Shown piece after piece: positions 1 to 11,019 of a stretch of 58,492 nt of DNA. Made by a program: the position numbers and the translations under genes. Origin of the DNA: Paramecium tetraurelia (Eukaryota); contig CT868037.1 in the NCBI GenBank assembly GCA_000165425.1, forward strand, positions 186,001-244,492, written 5' to 3'. Within the stretch, counting starts at the first letter, position 1. Every line of letters begins with the position of its first letter. The notes under the pieces are model-generated. The model saw nothing but the letters and a program-made list of their open reading frames with translations, was not told the DNA's origin and searched no databases.

Positions 1-1924
1 CTTATGTCTTTCAAGTAATTGAGTTTTCCTTCTGCTTCATTAGATGGTTAGAAAATGAACTATTTATTAATTTATCAATTACATAGCTTTTCGCAACATT
101 TATAATTCCCCAAATGTTGATGCCTCTACATACAAACATAATACTGAAACCAATGAACAATCCCAAAAATCCTTCATTTTTTACAAACAATGAATTCAAT
201 GCAGTTGGATATTAATAGAGTTGAGCACCAATAATTCCAATGGATACAAGGAATGCTGTTCCTGCATTGGTGGCTTTGAGGAAGACCATGTAATTTTTGG
301 CTTCCCAATAGATCTAAAAGATTTTGCCTTACACATCTGATATGAAGTGAGCAAAACATGTTAATTTATAAGAATCAGAGGAGTTGCAACCTATAAAGAA
401 AATGACTCCATAGATAATAAATAAAGAGATGTAACCGGAAGCTGCAAATAGCAATCCAGCAAATCCTTCAATTGAATAGACTATTGATATCAATAGGAAC
501 ATCAAGATAGTTGGAATAGCAGAAAACAAATCTCCCAAATAGTTTGAGTAGATCAAATTCATTGGCAATATACGATCACTTGTTGCTAATCCCTATTTGA
601 TCATAATAATTTACCATATTTCTGACATTAGGGCATCCATGAGATGTATACCACTCAAACAAACTGATATGAAGTACATTGAAGATCAATCCTAACAAAT
701 AACACCAACAAGCATGCATATCGGATTTGCCTTCAAAATCTATATCCTTTGTATTTTCGCCCTTGAGTGTAAATTTATCAATTAGAAATGAAAATGGGAA
801 TGAAACATGAATGATGAATGAAATCAAAGCAGCTATAATGACTTACCATCTCACATTAAGTGCAGCAAATGACCCAGTCTCTTGGTCTGCACACATTGTT
901 TTTAAAAAGTAACATACAATAGATCCCAAATATCCAATACAAACCAAATAGATGGGTCCCAAAATAAAGGCACTTCTGTTTTTGCTATCCAATACTTCAG
1001 GACTATTGATAGCAATTTATGAAACAGCACAACATAAGAACACCAGTACAAATCCTGTGTCTAAAAAGTTGACAATTGTGTTTCCTGCTTATTAAGATAC
1101 CATGTATGCCAATCTAGTCAATTATGAGATATTGTTGTTGCCAACACTCAAATTTAAGTCAGCTCTTATTAAGCCAAACGAAGCAGTCTTCATTGATCTA
1201 CACATCATCGATATGCCTTCTCTATATATAAATCCTCCGAGTATCATTCCCATCAAGAACCCAATCATCAATATTGATACCTTCTCATATTCTTCCTTCT
1301 TCATGTCGCCTCCCCAAACAGCCACATTGAAGTAATACATTAAGACATACATTCCGAATAGTAAACTGAACAATAGACTCACAATTGCAAAGCCGCATTA
1401 ATACATGTATCCAAAGCTCTCCTCCTTTGAAAATTGTGACTTTTAAATTAGTGTAATATAATTTACTTGTATCAGTGCTCTAGTCAAGGATTTACTATTT
1501 GTTGCAGTGACATAATATGCAAATAGCATCACAATCGTAGCGCCAATAATTGCATTGAATATAAATGAGAATGGATATTCTATGAACCAGATGTCCACAA
1601 CCAAAAAGAATAGAAATAAGAGTAGAATCATATACAAAAATTGTGCTAACCACAATCCATTTATTGATGTTTCAATTAAATCCACAATTCCTGATAAATA
1701 TTCTGGTTCTACTGTTGGCCTATAGGAACTAGGCTAAATATCGTCGACTCCCAAGAGTCCTCTAAGTTGATCACTTACAAAGTCTTATTCATCCTTATAC
1801 TACACTGTAAAACCCTAATAATAATGATGTGATTTCTTACTTGTGCTATCAGATGCACAAAGTACCAAACTATCCCCACAATGGAAGTCAAAATTATCAC
1901 TACCAGAGATCCTAACCAACCCAT
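1..1924 (-). CDS. Membrane H+/Na+-translocating pyrophosphatase (V-PPase) family homolog with degenerate catalytic motifs; 3' end runs off the window
   Basis: ATG at 1924 (MGWLGSLVVIILTSIVG...). Predicted introns 1815-1840, 1440-1466 and 593-614. The protein is multi-TM. FEWYTSHGCPNVRNM matches the M-PPase EYYTS..PV segment. GFAGLLFAASGYISL...FLKATNAGTAFLVSIGIIGA aligns with the GxYGIAxAAxGMLS...GKGFAIGSAALVSLALFGA region. Confidence 0.75.
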
Positions 1925-1957
1925 TAATAAAAACGAATAAAAATTAATTTATTATAA

Positions 1958-3403
1958 ATGAATAGTAGCTCAAGTTTGCTAACTCATCAAATTCTCGATT
2001 ATCTGAACAAGTACACCTCATTCAGACCTATTAACGATGATCTCACAACGCTTTCCAAAGAATTCTTCCAATAGTACTCGACTCGTAAATAAATGCTCCT
2101 AACCAAACTTAATGAAAGCAAGATTAAGCAGTTAGATTTATCAACCAAGATTGATCAGTCTAAGTATAAGGTCCTGACTTATCGCTCTCAATTGATACTA
2201 TTGTAATAGTCACGGGAGTCTATCATTTAATAAATTGACAATAAACAAAATGAATTAATTTAGTTGGAGAAAAGATAATCATTGAACAGGCCTCATTCTA
2301 AACAGTAGAAACTACTAGAATTAGCAGAGGGTATGGAGATATGCGAAAACACCTTGGAAACAGTGAAAACCGAATTCAATGACAACCATAAAATAATGGA
2401 TTGGGAATCTTCGCTCAATTAATAATTAAAATAAACTCATGATTAAGTATAGCATATCATATAAATCTTTAAGTTGCAAAGACAAAATGATCAAAATATT
2501 CTCAAGATCAATCAACTCAACCAGTCCATGCAAAACAACACCAAGAAAATCATTAAGCTTCTGCAATTGATATCCGATCTCCGACAGATGATAGTTCAAT
2601 CAAAATCATCCAATCAAACAAACCCACTCCCTCTCCAAGTCGACGACAGCAGTAATTCAACATTCATTTATATAATAGAAATAATTAAATCTATTATCGA
2701 AAAAATCGAAAATACCAAGCTCCCAGGCAAAGAGCAATAGGAACACGAGATTCTCAACTCAGTCTCTTAATTGCTCGACCTAAGAGAATAAATTAACACA
2801 ATCAAACTCACTCTACCTCTCAAATTAGATTAGAGTGACGATTTAGTAACTTGCGATCGCACATTTAGCACCCCGAGATTTCAGAGCAGTGTGAGGTTCA
2901 AGGCCAACGATATCTTGCCACAAGCTAGAATTAGGACAGAGGCTGATGATAAGTTGGACTATGGATGCGAAAAGCGAATTGCTACAGATTGTGGATTCTA
3001 CGAGGAGGACGAATAAAGCAGTGACGACGACAATCAAGTGTTGAAAGTGCCGTTTTAATCTAAGAAGAGTCTAAATTGCGAGAGAACCAAAAAGAAGAAG
3101 TAGAGTTATATTTCAGTAGCTTCATTTTCATCTTAAGCCTCCAGCGATCAAAAATACATTAATTTATAGGATGAATTAAATTATTTAGGTGAAATTAATG
3201 AATATTACTGCACTAGAAAGTTCGTTGATGATCAATTTATTGTTGCACCTTGTCAGACACCATTGGAGCAATCAATTGAACTCAATTCCAAGCCACCTAT
3301 TCAGGAAGAATAACCTAAATCAACATCATTCATTAAAAAGATTTTGGGAGTTGGTCTGGGAATTGGATTGAGCTATGCTTGCTATAAGTTCTTTAAAAAA
3401 TGA
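1958..3403 (+). CDS. Hypothetical coiled-coil protein with C-terminal tail anchor
   Basis: ATG 1958 (MNSSSSLLTHQILDYLNKY...), Q/E/K/L-rich, probable intron near 2447-2473. Ends KKILGVGLGIGLSYACYKFFKK then TGA 3401-3403. Internal exon structure not fully traced. Confidence 0.7.
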
Positions 3404-3481
3404 TATGAAATACTTATGAAAATATTTGTTATAAATTTTTAACGGAAAAAAAAAATTCATTAATTAAAATCTGTTTGTAAA

Positions 3482-4198
3482 ATGAACTACTATTATCCTG
3501 CCTATCCCTCCCATCAAGCCCCAAGCAACTTCATCAATTGCGTTCTTGATTTCGACAGCAAACTCTACATAGGAGATGCTCAAGCATTCTAATATTACCA
3601 GAATTACGATGTCAAAGCCATAATATCCTTCTCCACAGAACAAAGTAAGCACTCTCTCTCTACTCAATCCTTAGATTTCCGAGCCAACTCAGACGCAGAT
3701 CAAATGGTCTTACAGGTTAATGATCGTCCATAGTGCGACATCTCCGGATATTTCGACAAAACCAATAAATTCATCAGCAAACACATGGATGAGAATCACA
3801 ACGTTCTTGTACACTGTGTGGCAGGCAAGTCCAGATCTGCCACCATCGTGTTGGCCTATCTGATGCATTCTCAAGATTGGACTTTGCAAGAGGCACTCAT
3901 CTACTTGAAAAGTGTGAGACCACTGGTCTGTCCCAATCCAGGGTTCATCAGATAATTGTTGAAATACGAAGAGAAACTCTTCGGCCAAGTCAAAAGCAAT
4001 TTAACTCACGACATCACACCCTATTACAATGTCTAGAAGGCAGACACCATCATACCAGAAGGGCCTGCTGTTGGACGAAACTACCAGAGCGATTAGAATG
4101 CCTATGGCAGAAGATCCTCGTTTGTTTCACCACCATCTCAGCTCCTTGGACACTAGAGGTCTTGTTAGCAGTTCTAATACGGGTGGAGGTATTATTGA
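3482..4198 (+). CDS. Dual-specificity protein phosphatase (DSPc)
   Basis: LYIGD, catalytic loop VLVHCVAGKSRSATIVLAYLM, and VRPLVCPNPGFIRQLLKYE. Possible 30-nt intron 3645-3674. TGA 4196-4198. Confidence 0.93.
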
Positions 4199-4297
4199 TC
4201 TAATTCTTTGTTAATATATGTGCTTTTACTTAAATAAACACAATTTTTATAGTTAACGAAGTTGTTATTAATTTTAATAAATTTGTAAATAACACAA

Positions 4298-4600
4298 ATG
4301 GTAAACTCTACAATATTAAGCAACACCAAACAAATTAGAGGATTTAGCTTCTAATTGAAGAAACCAAAAACACAGAAATCAATATCCATGGCGTCCTAAA
4401 GAATAAGAAGGGGTTTTTCCTTTGTAGTTGATTAATGGAAAATTAGTAAATTATAATCATAGCTTTTCTCACAGAATCAGTCACTCATTTAATCCTCAAT
4501 CTCAATAGCTAGTTAGGAAGCTTCCCTAATGAACTCGGAATTCAGTATTGGCAAGAAGATTCGTGGTTTCAACTTTGTTAGGAACAAAAAGCAATTATGA
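4298..4600 (+). CDS. Small basic 100-aa hypothetical protein with three [IR]RGF[SN]F motifs
   Basis: Intronless ORF in the ciliate code, ATG 4298 to TGA 4598-4600: MVNSTILSNTKQIRGFSFQLKK...RIRRGFSFVVDQW...KKIRGFNFVRNKKQL. Confidence 0.65.
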
Positions 4601-5007
4601 ATATGACCATTATAATCAATTTTTCATATTATTATTAACCAATCAATAAATGCATGAACCTTTCTAGATTCCGTCATTCAGATCAATCATCAATTAGGCT
4701 ATAAATTCTACGAATGCTTGAAAAGAGTTCTGTACAAAAGTAGAATCTAACTAGAAAGTTCTAGGAATCAAAAATGCATATGCATATGCATTGAGGAATC
4801 ATTGATAAAAAGATACAAGAAATGAGGATGGTATTAACTTATAAGTTGTATATCGTATACAGTTTATAGTGCATCTTAAGTGTAGGTATCAGTAACATCG
4901 AATTAGTATTTAAAACAACCATACTCCAATTATTTATATGAGAAAGATGAATGCGTAGATTGTGAAATTATTGATTTATTAATACAAATTATTTATATAT
5001 TTAGAGG

Positions 5008-6767
5008 ATGGAGGATGTAAGAATTTAAAATTCTCTAGGAATTAATTAGATCATTAAAGAAACCATTTGAAAAAAGAAGTGAAGATGATTTATACCCAAT
5101 TGAGAGGATGGTGAGGAAGATCGAGTTTTTCTAAAAATATTTTGCTGATCAAAATGATCTCAATTTTAGTTACTATTTCGAACACGAATATGCGATCTAA
5201 AACACAGCCATTATTAACATAGATTCGGTGGGCGACAAATTCTACGTCATTCTTCAAGGGTAAGTTGGCATATACGTTAAACCTAATGTTGTGGAAGATA
5301 AGGCGTCATCGACTAAATTACTGGAGATGGTTAAATTGAGGTTTAGACAAGCTGTCAACAATAATAAATTCAAGGATTATTAAATAAATAAAATCCAATC
5401 TCAGTAGTCAGATTTGGCGCTGATAAAAATCCTATTGCCAGGCCAATCCTTTGGGGAGATGTCCCTAATACACAATAGGCCAAGAGAATTTACAGCTGTG
5501 GCATTGTAGCCGTGTCATTTTGCAATGATAAGGAGGTAGTACTTTAAGGATGTAGTGCGGATAGGTCAGGAGAAGTCATCCGTGAAGGAGATGGGGTTTT
5601 TTGCCAATCTGGAGATTTTTGAGGGTTGGAATGTGAATTCGATCTACTAAATTTACAAGATGTTGGAGCAGAGAAGTTACAGGATGGGAGATGTGGTATA
5701 TTTGTCAGGGGAGAGCGTAAACAAGATCTACCTCATAAAGGAAGGGGCTGTAGATGTATGAAAAAAGAGCTATATCATTTAAGTTATAACAAGTGTTCAT
5801 AGAGGAGAAGGAGGAATTGGAAATACGGTCAGTGTCTCCGTACATGAAGCAGAGAGGGAAGAGTCTGCACAGGAAGATTGCTACGTTGAGCAATCATCAA
5901 TTCTTGGGTTTGGATGATGTGCACAGTCAGGAATAGAAGCACAGATTCTCTTGTGTTAGTTCCAGTTCAGATACTGTTCTATTCATTATCCCGGTGGAAC
6001 TGTATATGCGAAAAATTTACACTCAAACTACAAGTTAGTTGTATGTGTAGGAGTTTATATAAGTTTAGAGCAAATACCAAGATCTGAGAGTATGTATTTA
6101 AGATTTATGAAAAGAATTCTTAATTACAGGTAGCCATCCATTCGCAAAGACAATAGTAATAGCAGATGCTGGCTAAGATAAATCAATACAAGAATGCTGA
6201 CATGTTATAGTTTTTTCAAAATTTGTAAGGGAGGTTTAAGACACTCTCACAGGAGTCAGCAAAGAAGTTTCAAAAGAGTTCAATTGGAGAGCGATCACAG
6301 AACATAAGTGCTCATGATAAGTATGTGGACAGAAGTTGTTTCACTAGAGCCAAAGATCGATCTCTATTGGGGAAGGTGTAGACTCAGAGTCTCTACTAGA
6401 ATTAAGCATATAAATAAGTGGTCAATGAATCCAGGATTGTTGAGAAGAACTTGCCAAACCTTTCTCAGTTTATGGAGAGACATCTGCCCAGTTTGCATCA
6501 CTCTAAATCAATGTAAGTTAGATGCAGGAGACAGAGTCCATAGAAGCAATAGTATTTGCAATTTCAGAATGTTCAAACCTCTTTGAATGAAGACGAATAA
6601 CAATTAGTATCTAATGTTCTTTCAAAGGGAGTGGTTTATCAAAGGAGAACCAATTTAGTAAAGAGAGTGAGGTCAACAGAAAACTATTCTCAACGAAGAG
6701 CAATAAGATTCCAAGACCAATCCAAGTACTGACATCTTTGCAGAAGGAAATTGCATTAATTAACTGA
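5008..6767 (+). CDS. Cyclic-nucleotide-binding (cNMP) domain protein with tandem CNB domains
   Basis: ATG GAG GAT, 22-nt intron 5017-5038, then ELIRSLKKPFEKRSEDDL. Motifs VGDKFYVILQGQVGIY and GQSFGEMSLIHNRPREFTAVA; second domain GDVVYLSGESVNKIYLIKEGAVD. TGA 6765-6767. Confidence 0.85.
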
Positions 6768-6861
6768 AATAATTAGTAATTAATAAATATCTATTGTACA
6801 TATTGTTTGTTAAGTCAAGACATTTTTATACGACGTTCTGCTAATTTTAGTGTATTTCGGA

Positions 6862-9800
6862 ATGAATGGTTAAGCAAATTAGCCTGCTGGAGTACGTAAA
6901 CCCACAATCAATCTGCATATCTTTGTTCGACAGGTAATAGTGAAGAATTTACAATCGGCTATTTTTTCAATGATTAGATCCTCATGTCTTGCTTTAAACT
7001 TGCAGGAAGATTATGCACATGCAAAACATATAATGGTTGCGATAATCTCACTTGCAACGATGGTTATTACTAAGTTGGATAATATATTAATATATCATAT
7101 TATATAGATCTTGCATCACAATTCCAGACAACAATTGTGCCAAGGTGGTTTATCGGCTGATGAAACAATCATAGTGTGTTATAAATGTAAAGCTGGTACA
7201 TTGATTGGTATATTTAATATTTATATAATAGTTGGAATAAGTGTTTAGAATAATAATTGTTAAACCTTCGATGTGAACACTGGTATTTGTACAAAACTTT
7301 CCAATTGATTCTACAACGTAATGACTGAATAAACTCCCAGCGAATATTATGACAAAACAGTGCCCACTTAAACTTCATCCAATTATCCTATATACTTCCA
7401 AAATATCAATTAATGTAAGTCTTGCAATGCAGATCGCTCATGCAAAATATGTAATTTTCTTTAATGATATTCATGATGAATTAATCAAGCTAGTATGTAC
7501 TGCACAGACTGTATTGACAATTACCATTTGAGTGGAACTAAATTTATTTAATGTATTATGGGATGTCAAAAGTGTAGTGATACTAAAATTTATACAACGT
7601 GTATTTCAACTACTTGGCCACCATATTATTTAACAAGTACAAACCCTTTTGTGTAATGTATTGGAACCTATTATCGGGATACATGATAGAAAAAATGTGT
7701 CGATTGTATAAAAATAGATCCCAATTGTACAGCATGTACTACCTGTAGTGCTGGTAACTAAGCTGTCAATGGAGTCTGTAACATATGTACAGGATACCCA
7801 TCAACATGTTCTGCTTGTGATGCTAATAGCAACTGTACAAGTTGTTCTTTAGTCATACTAATCTCATACAATACATAAAACAATACTACAGTGTGTTCTT
7901 TATGTCAAGATCTTTACTATGTTAATGCATTAGGACAACGTGCTAAGTGTGATTCAGCTGGAGAAAGTAATGCTTTGAGATGTCATTATGATGCAACTGT
8001 TACTGGTAATATAGTCTTTACCTAATGCAAACCACAGTACTTCTTGGATAATAACAAATATACTCAAGATTAATCTAGTAACACTTATGCCAAGTTACAA
8101 GTACCAGCAGATCAAACTACAATCAATAACTAAAATTGTGCTGAATGCTGGCCTGGATGTATTCAGAGTGATACTACTTGTTTCAATTGTAGTTTTTGCC
8201 AATCCGGAAGTTGCTCAATAAGCACAAGTAATTAACCATCTTGTACTTTATGTATTGATGGATACTATGCTGATTCAAATCAAAAATGCCAATCCTGTTT
8301 TTTCAATTGTACTTCATGTAGTGGACCTGCAATTAGAGATGGTACAAATTACTAAGCTGGTTATTTCAAGGGAACCAATTCATGCACAGCTTGTACTTGT
8401 TGACAAGAGCAATCACGCACTTGTTTGGTTTGCTAAGATGCAACTAACTCTTCCAGTTGTATAAATGGCTACTATGTTTCAAATGGTTAATGTTTGGCCT
8501 GTTAATATGGATGTAGTTAATATACTACCCCAGGAAACGTATGCACAGCATGTATCATCGGATACTATTTATAAAACGGAGGTTGTGTTCAAGACAATGG
8601 AAATTGCTATTTCACTGATAGGCTCAATGTATTCACCACAATCCAAGCAAATTAAATCAATGGTTGTTAGATCTGTAATTATGGTTTCTACTTGACCAGT
8701 GGATGGTTAACTTAATAAACCTCATCATAGATTCAAGATTATGTTTGCATGTAATGTGTTTATCCTTAAACCGCTGTATTTTTATTTGTTTTTATCTTTT
8801 TTAGTTTGTTTACAGAACCAACCCATAAGATGTTACTGTCTAATCTCCGGTGATCTCATTACCATTTAGCAGTCAATAATGGTATATGCACATCATGTAC
8901 TAATCTTACTGCTTGTACCTAAATTACATGCTCTGCTAATTACTTCCTAACCAATATCAATAACACCCAATTATGTGCACCCATACCAGCTGGATGCAGT
9001 GAATTAACATACTCAACTACTCTACTTGCCTTAGCTTGCAAAAAACGTAACAATTGATCTACTCTTTTTGGATCATAAATCTGCGTTTCAAATACTGATT
9101 GTCAAACTTAAAATCAATCACTGAAATATGTACTCAATTATCAGATGGTTTTACTTCAATTCCGATTTTGTCTTGAATACATAATCAACTTCTCCAACCA
9201 CCAACACCAAATATTACTCCACATTAAATCAATTCTGTTCAGCATATTAAGCAGGATGTTAGACTTGTCCATCCTAATACACCTGTACTTAATTTTTACC
9301 AAGATATTTCTGGTATTAATCAACAGTCACAACTAACACTGGTGCATTTATCAAGTACAGTTCCAATTTGACATCAAATATATCAGGATAATGTGTCGCA
9401 TGTCCTAAGTATTGTGTACATCGGCTGCTACTTACAGTACATGTTATCTCAATTTCTAACAAGATTCTAACTCAACTGTCAGCGCTTGTAAGTGCCCATC
9501 AGGATATAATTTAATAACTTCTGGTCATATCTAATAAGCATAAATTACCGCTACACGTAATATAACAGCTTGTTCTTAATGCAATGCTGATAACACTAAA
9601 TGCTTGGCTTGCATAACATAGTATTAAGGAAAATCCTATACTTTAATGAACATGTGTCACTTGCTCATAAGTTGCAGTTCATGCACATTGATGACTGGCA
9701 GCACAAGTTAAACCACCTGCTAGGTTTGCTAAAATGGATATTATAAAACACAAAGTGCCAATGATCAATCAGTCCTCTGTTCTATTTGCTCATAAACTGG

Positions 9801-10808
9801 AGCTCAATTGTGCAAGGTCCTTTGGAAAATGCCACCTTCACCCAAGTAACAATTATCCAATGTCGAAAAAATTATTACCTATATGATGTTGCAGTAGCCA
9901 CTACAGCTACTTGTTATACAATTTCAACTTCAAATAGCAGCAGTTGTCAATAATGTCTCCTTGGATATATATTATTTGGAAGCACTTTTTAAACATGCGC
10001 CACAAGCAAGAACTAGAAATTTTGTAATGCAATTCACATAACTCTGGATTGTAATACAATTCATGTTAAAATGGATATGTGATTGATTCTACCAACAACG
10101 TTAGAGTTGCATGCACAAGTGGATGCACTAAATGTACCTTAATTGCAGCCACTCAAAACACTTCATAGAGTATATCATGCAGTGTTTGCAACGATGGAAA
10201 TTACTTGGACAACACCTCTGGAAGATTTTTTGCTTGCCCATATGATTGTAAGACCTGCTATTCAAAATATGTATCTATTTTATAATATCTTAGACATGCA
10301 CAACTTACAAGGATGGATTTTATTTGAAACAATCACAAACTACATTCAATGCCAAATAATACACCCCCAAAACATGTTAGTCTAAATGTGCAATATGCTC
10401 AGCAAATGGAAATGTCTGTTTTGACCTGCTCAACTGAATATGTCTTATAAAATGGTGGATGTGTCAATTTGTAATAATCAATCGCCAATGATACCAACAA
10501 GTACAATTATGTCAATTGTTATTAACTTGACACAACTAACACAGGATGTCTTAACTGTTTAGCTGGATTCTACTTAGATGCTTCAAAAGTATGTCAAGAG
10601 TGTGTTTCTCCATACAATAACGTAAGATACATCAATTAATAATTAGTTTTTTTGTGGCCTCAATCAGTAAATCCAACAAATCCAGATGATTCAAGTAATC
10701 CCAATCCAACTCCGACCGAGACAACCATCTAAATTGGATAAATAGAGCTCCACAAAGTTCATATTGAATCATATTGGGAATGTTATACTAATCATAGTTT
10801 TACAATGA
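6862..10808 (+). pseudogene. Decayed Cys-rich (CxxC/furin-like repeat) surface protein gene with a GPI-signal-like C-terminus
   Basis: Many CxxC..GYY repeats. In-frame TGA at about 7306 (LSN*FY), 7684 (YRDT*QKKCVDC), 8401 (CTAC-TC*QEQ) and 9055, plus frameshifts and Cys>Arg/Tyr changes. Ends NVILIIVLQ-TGA 10806-10808. The start is uncertain. Confidence 0.75.
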
Positions 10809-11019
10809 TCATTTTAAAGCATAATAATTAAATATTTAAATTAAGAATCAATGATCTTATTATACTTTTATCCTCTTTTATCTTTTCCATCAATAAAAAA
10901 GGTAGATATTAATTAAGCAATAAGGAAACTCATAAATATAAAAATTTCAAATGTAATCTTTTGCTCTATCAAATAAATTGATGATTTTAATATTTTATAT
11001 ATTTATTTGTATATATATT

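Noticed and set aside
4773..4792. Perfect 20-bp palindrome AATGCATATGCATATGCATT
   Set aside because: It is just (ATGCAT)3, a self-complementary microsatellite. There is no other evidence of function, and the surrounding short ORFs (4650-4940) could not be resolved into a gene.
6862..10808. In-frame TGAs in a Cys-rich gene as UGA recoding (Sec/Cys/Trp)
   Set aside because: The TGAs fall at Gly or other non-Cys positions (e.g. N*FY for NGFY) and co-occur with frameshifts. All intact genes here use TGA as stop, so decay is the simpler explanation.
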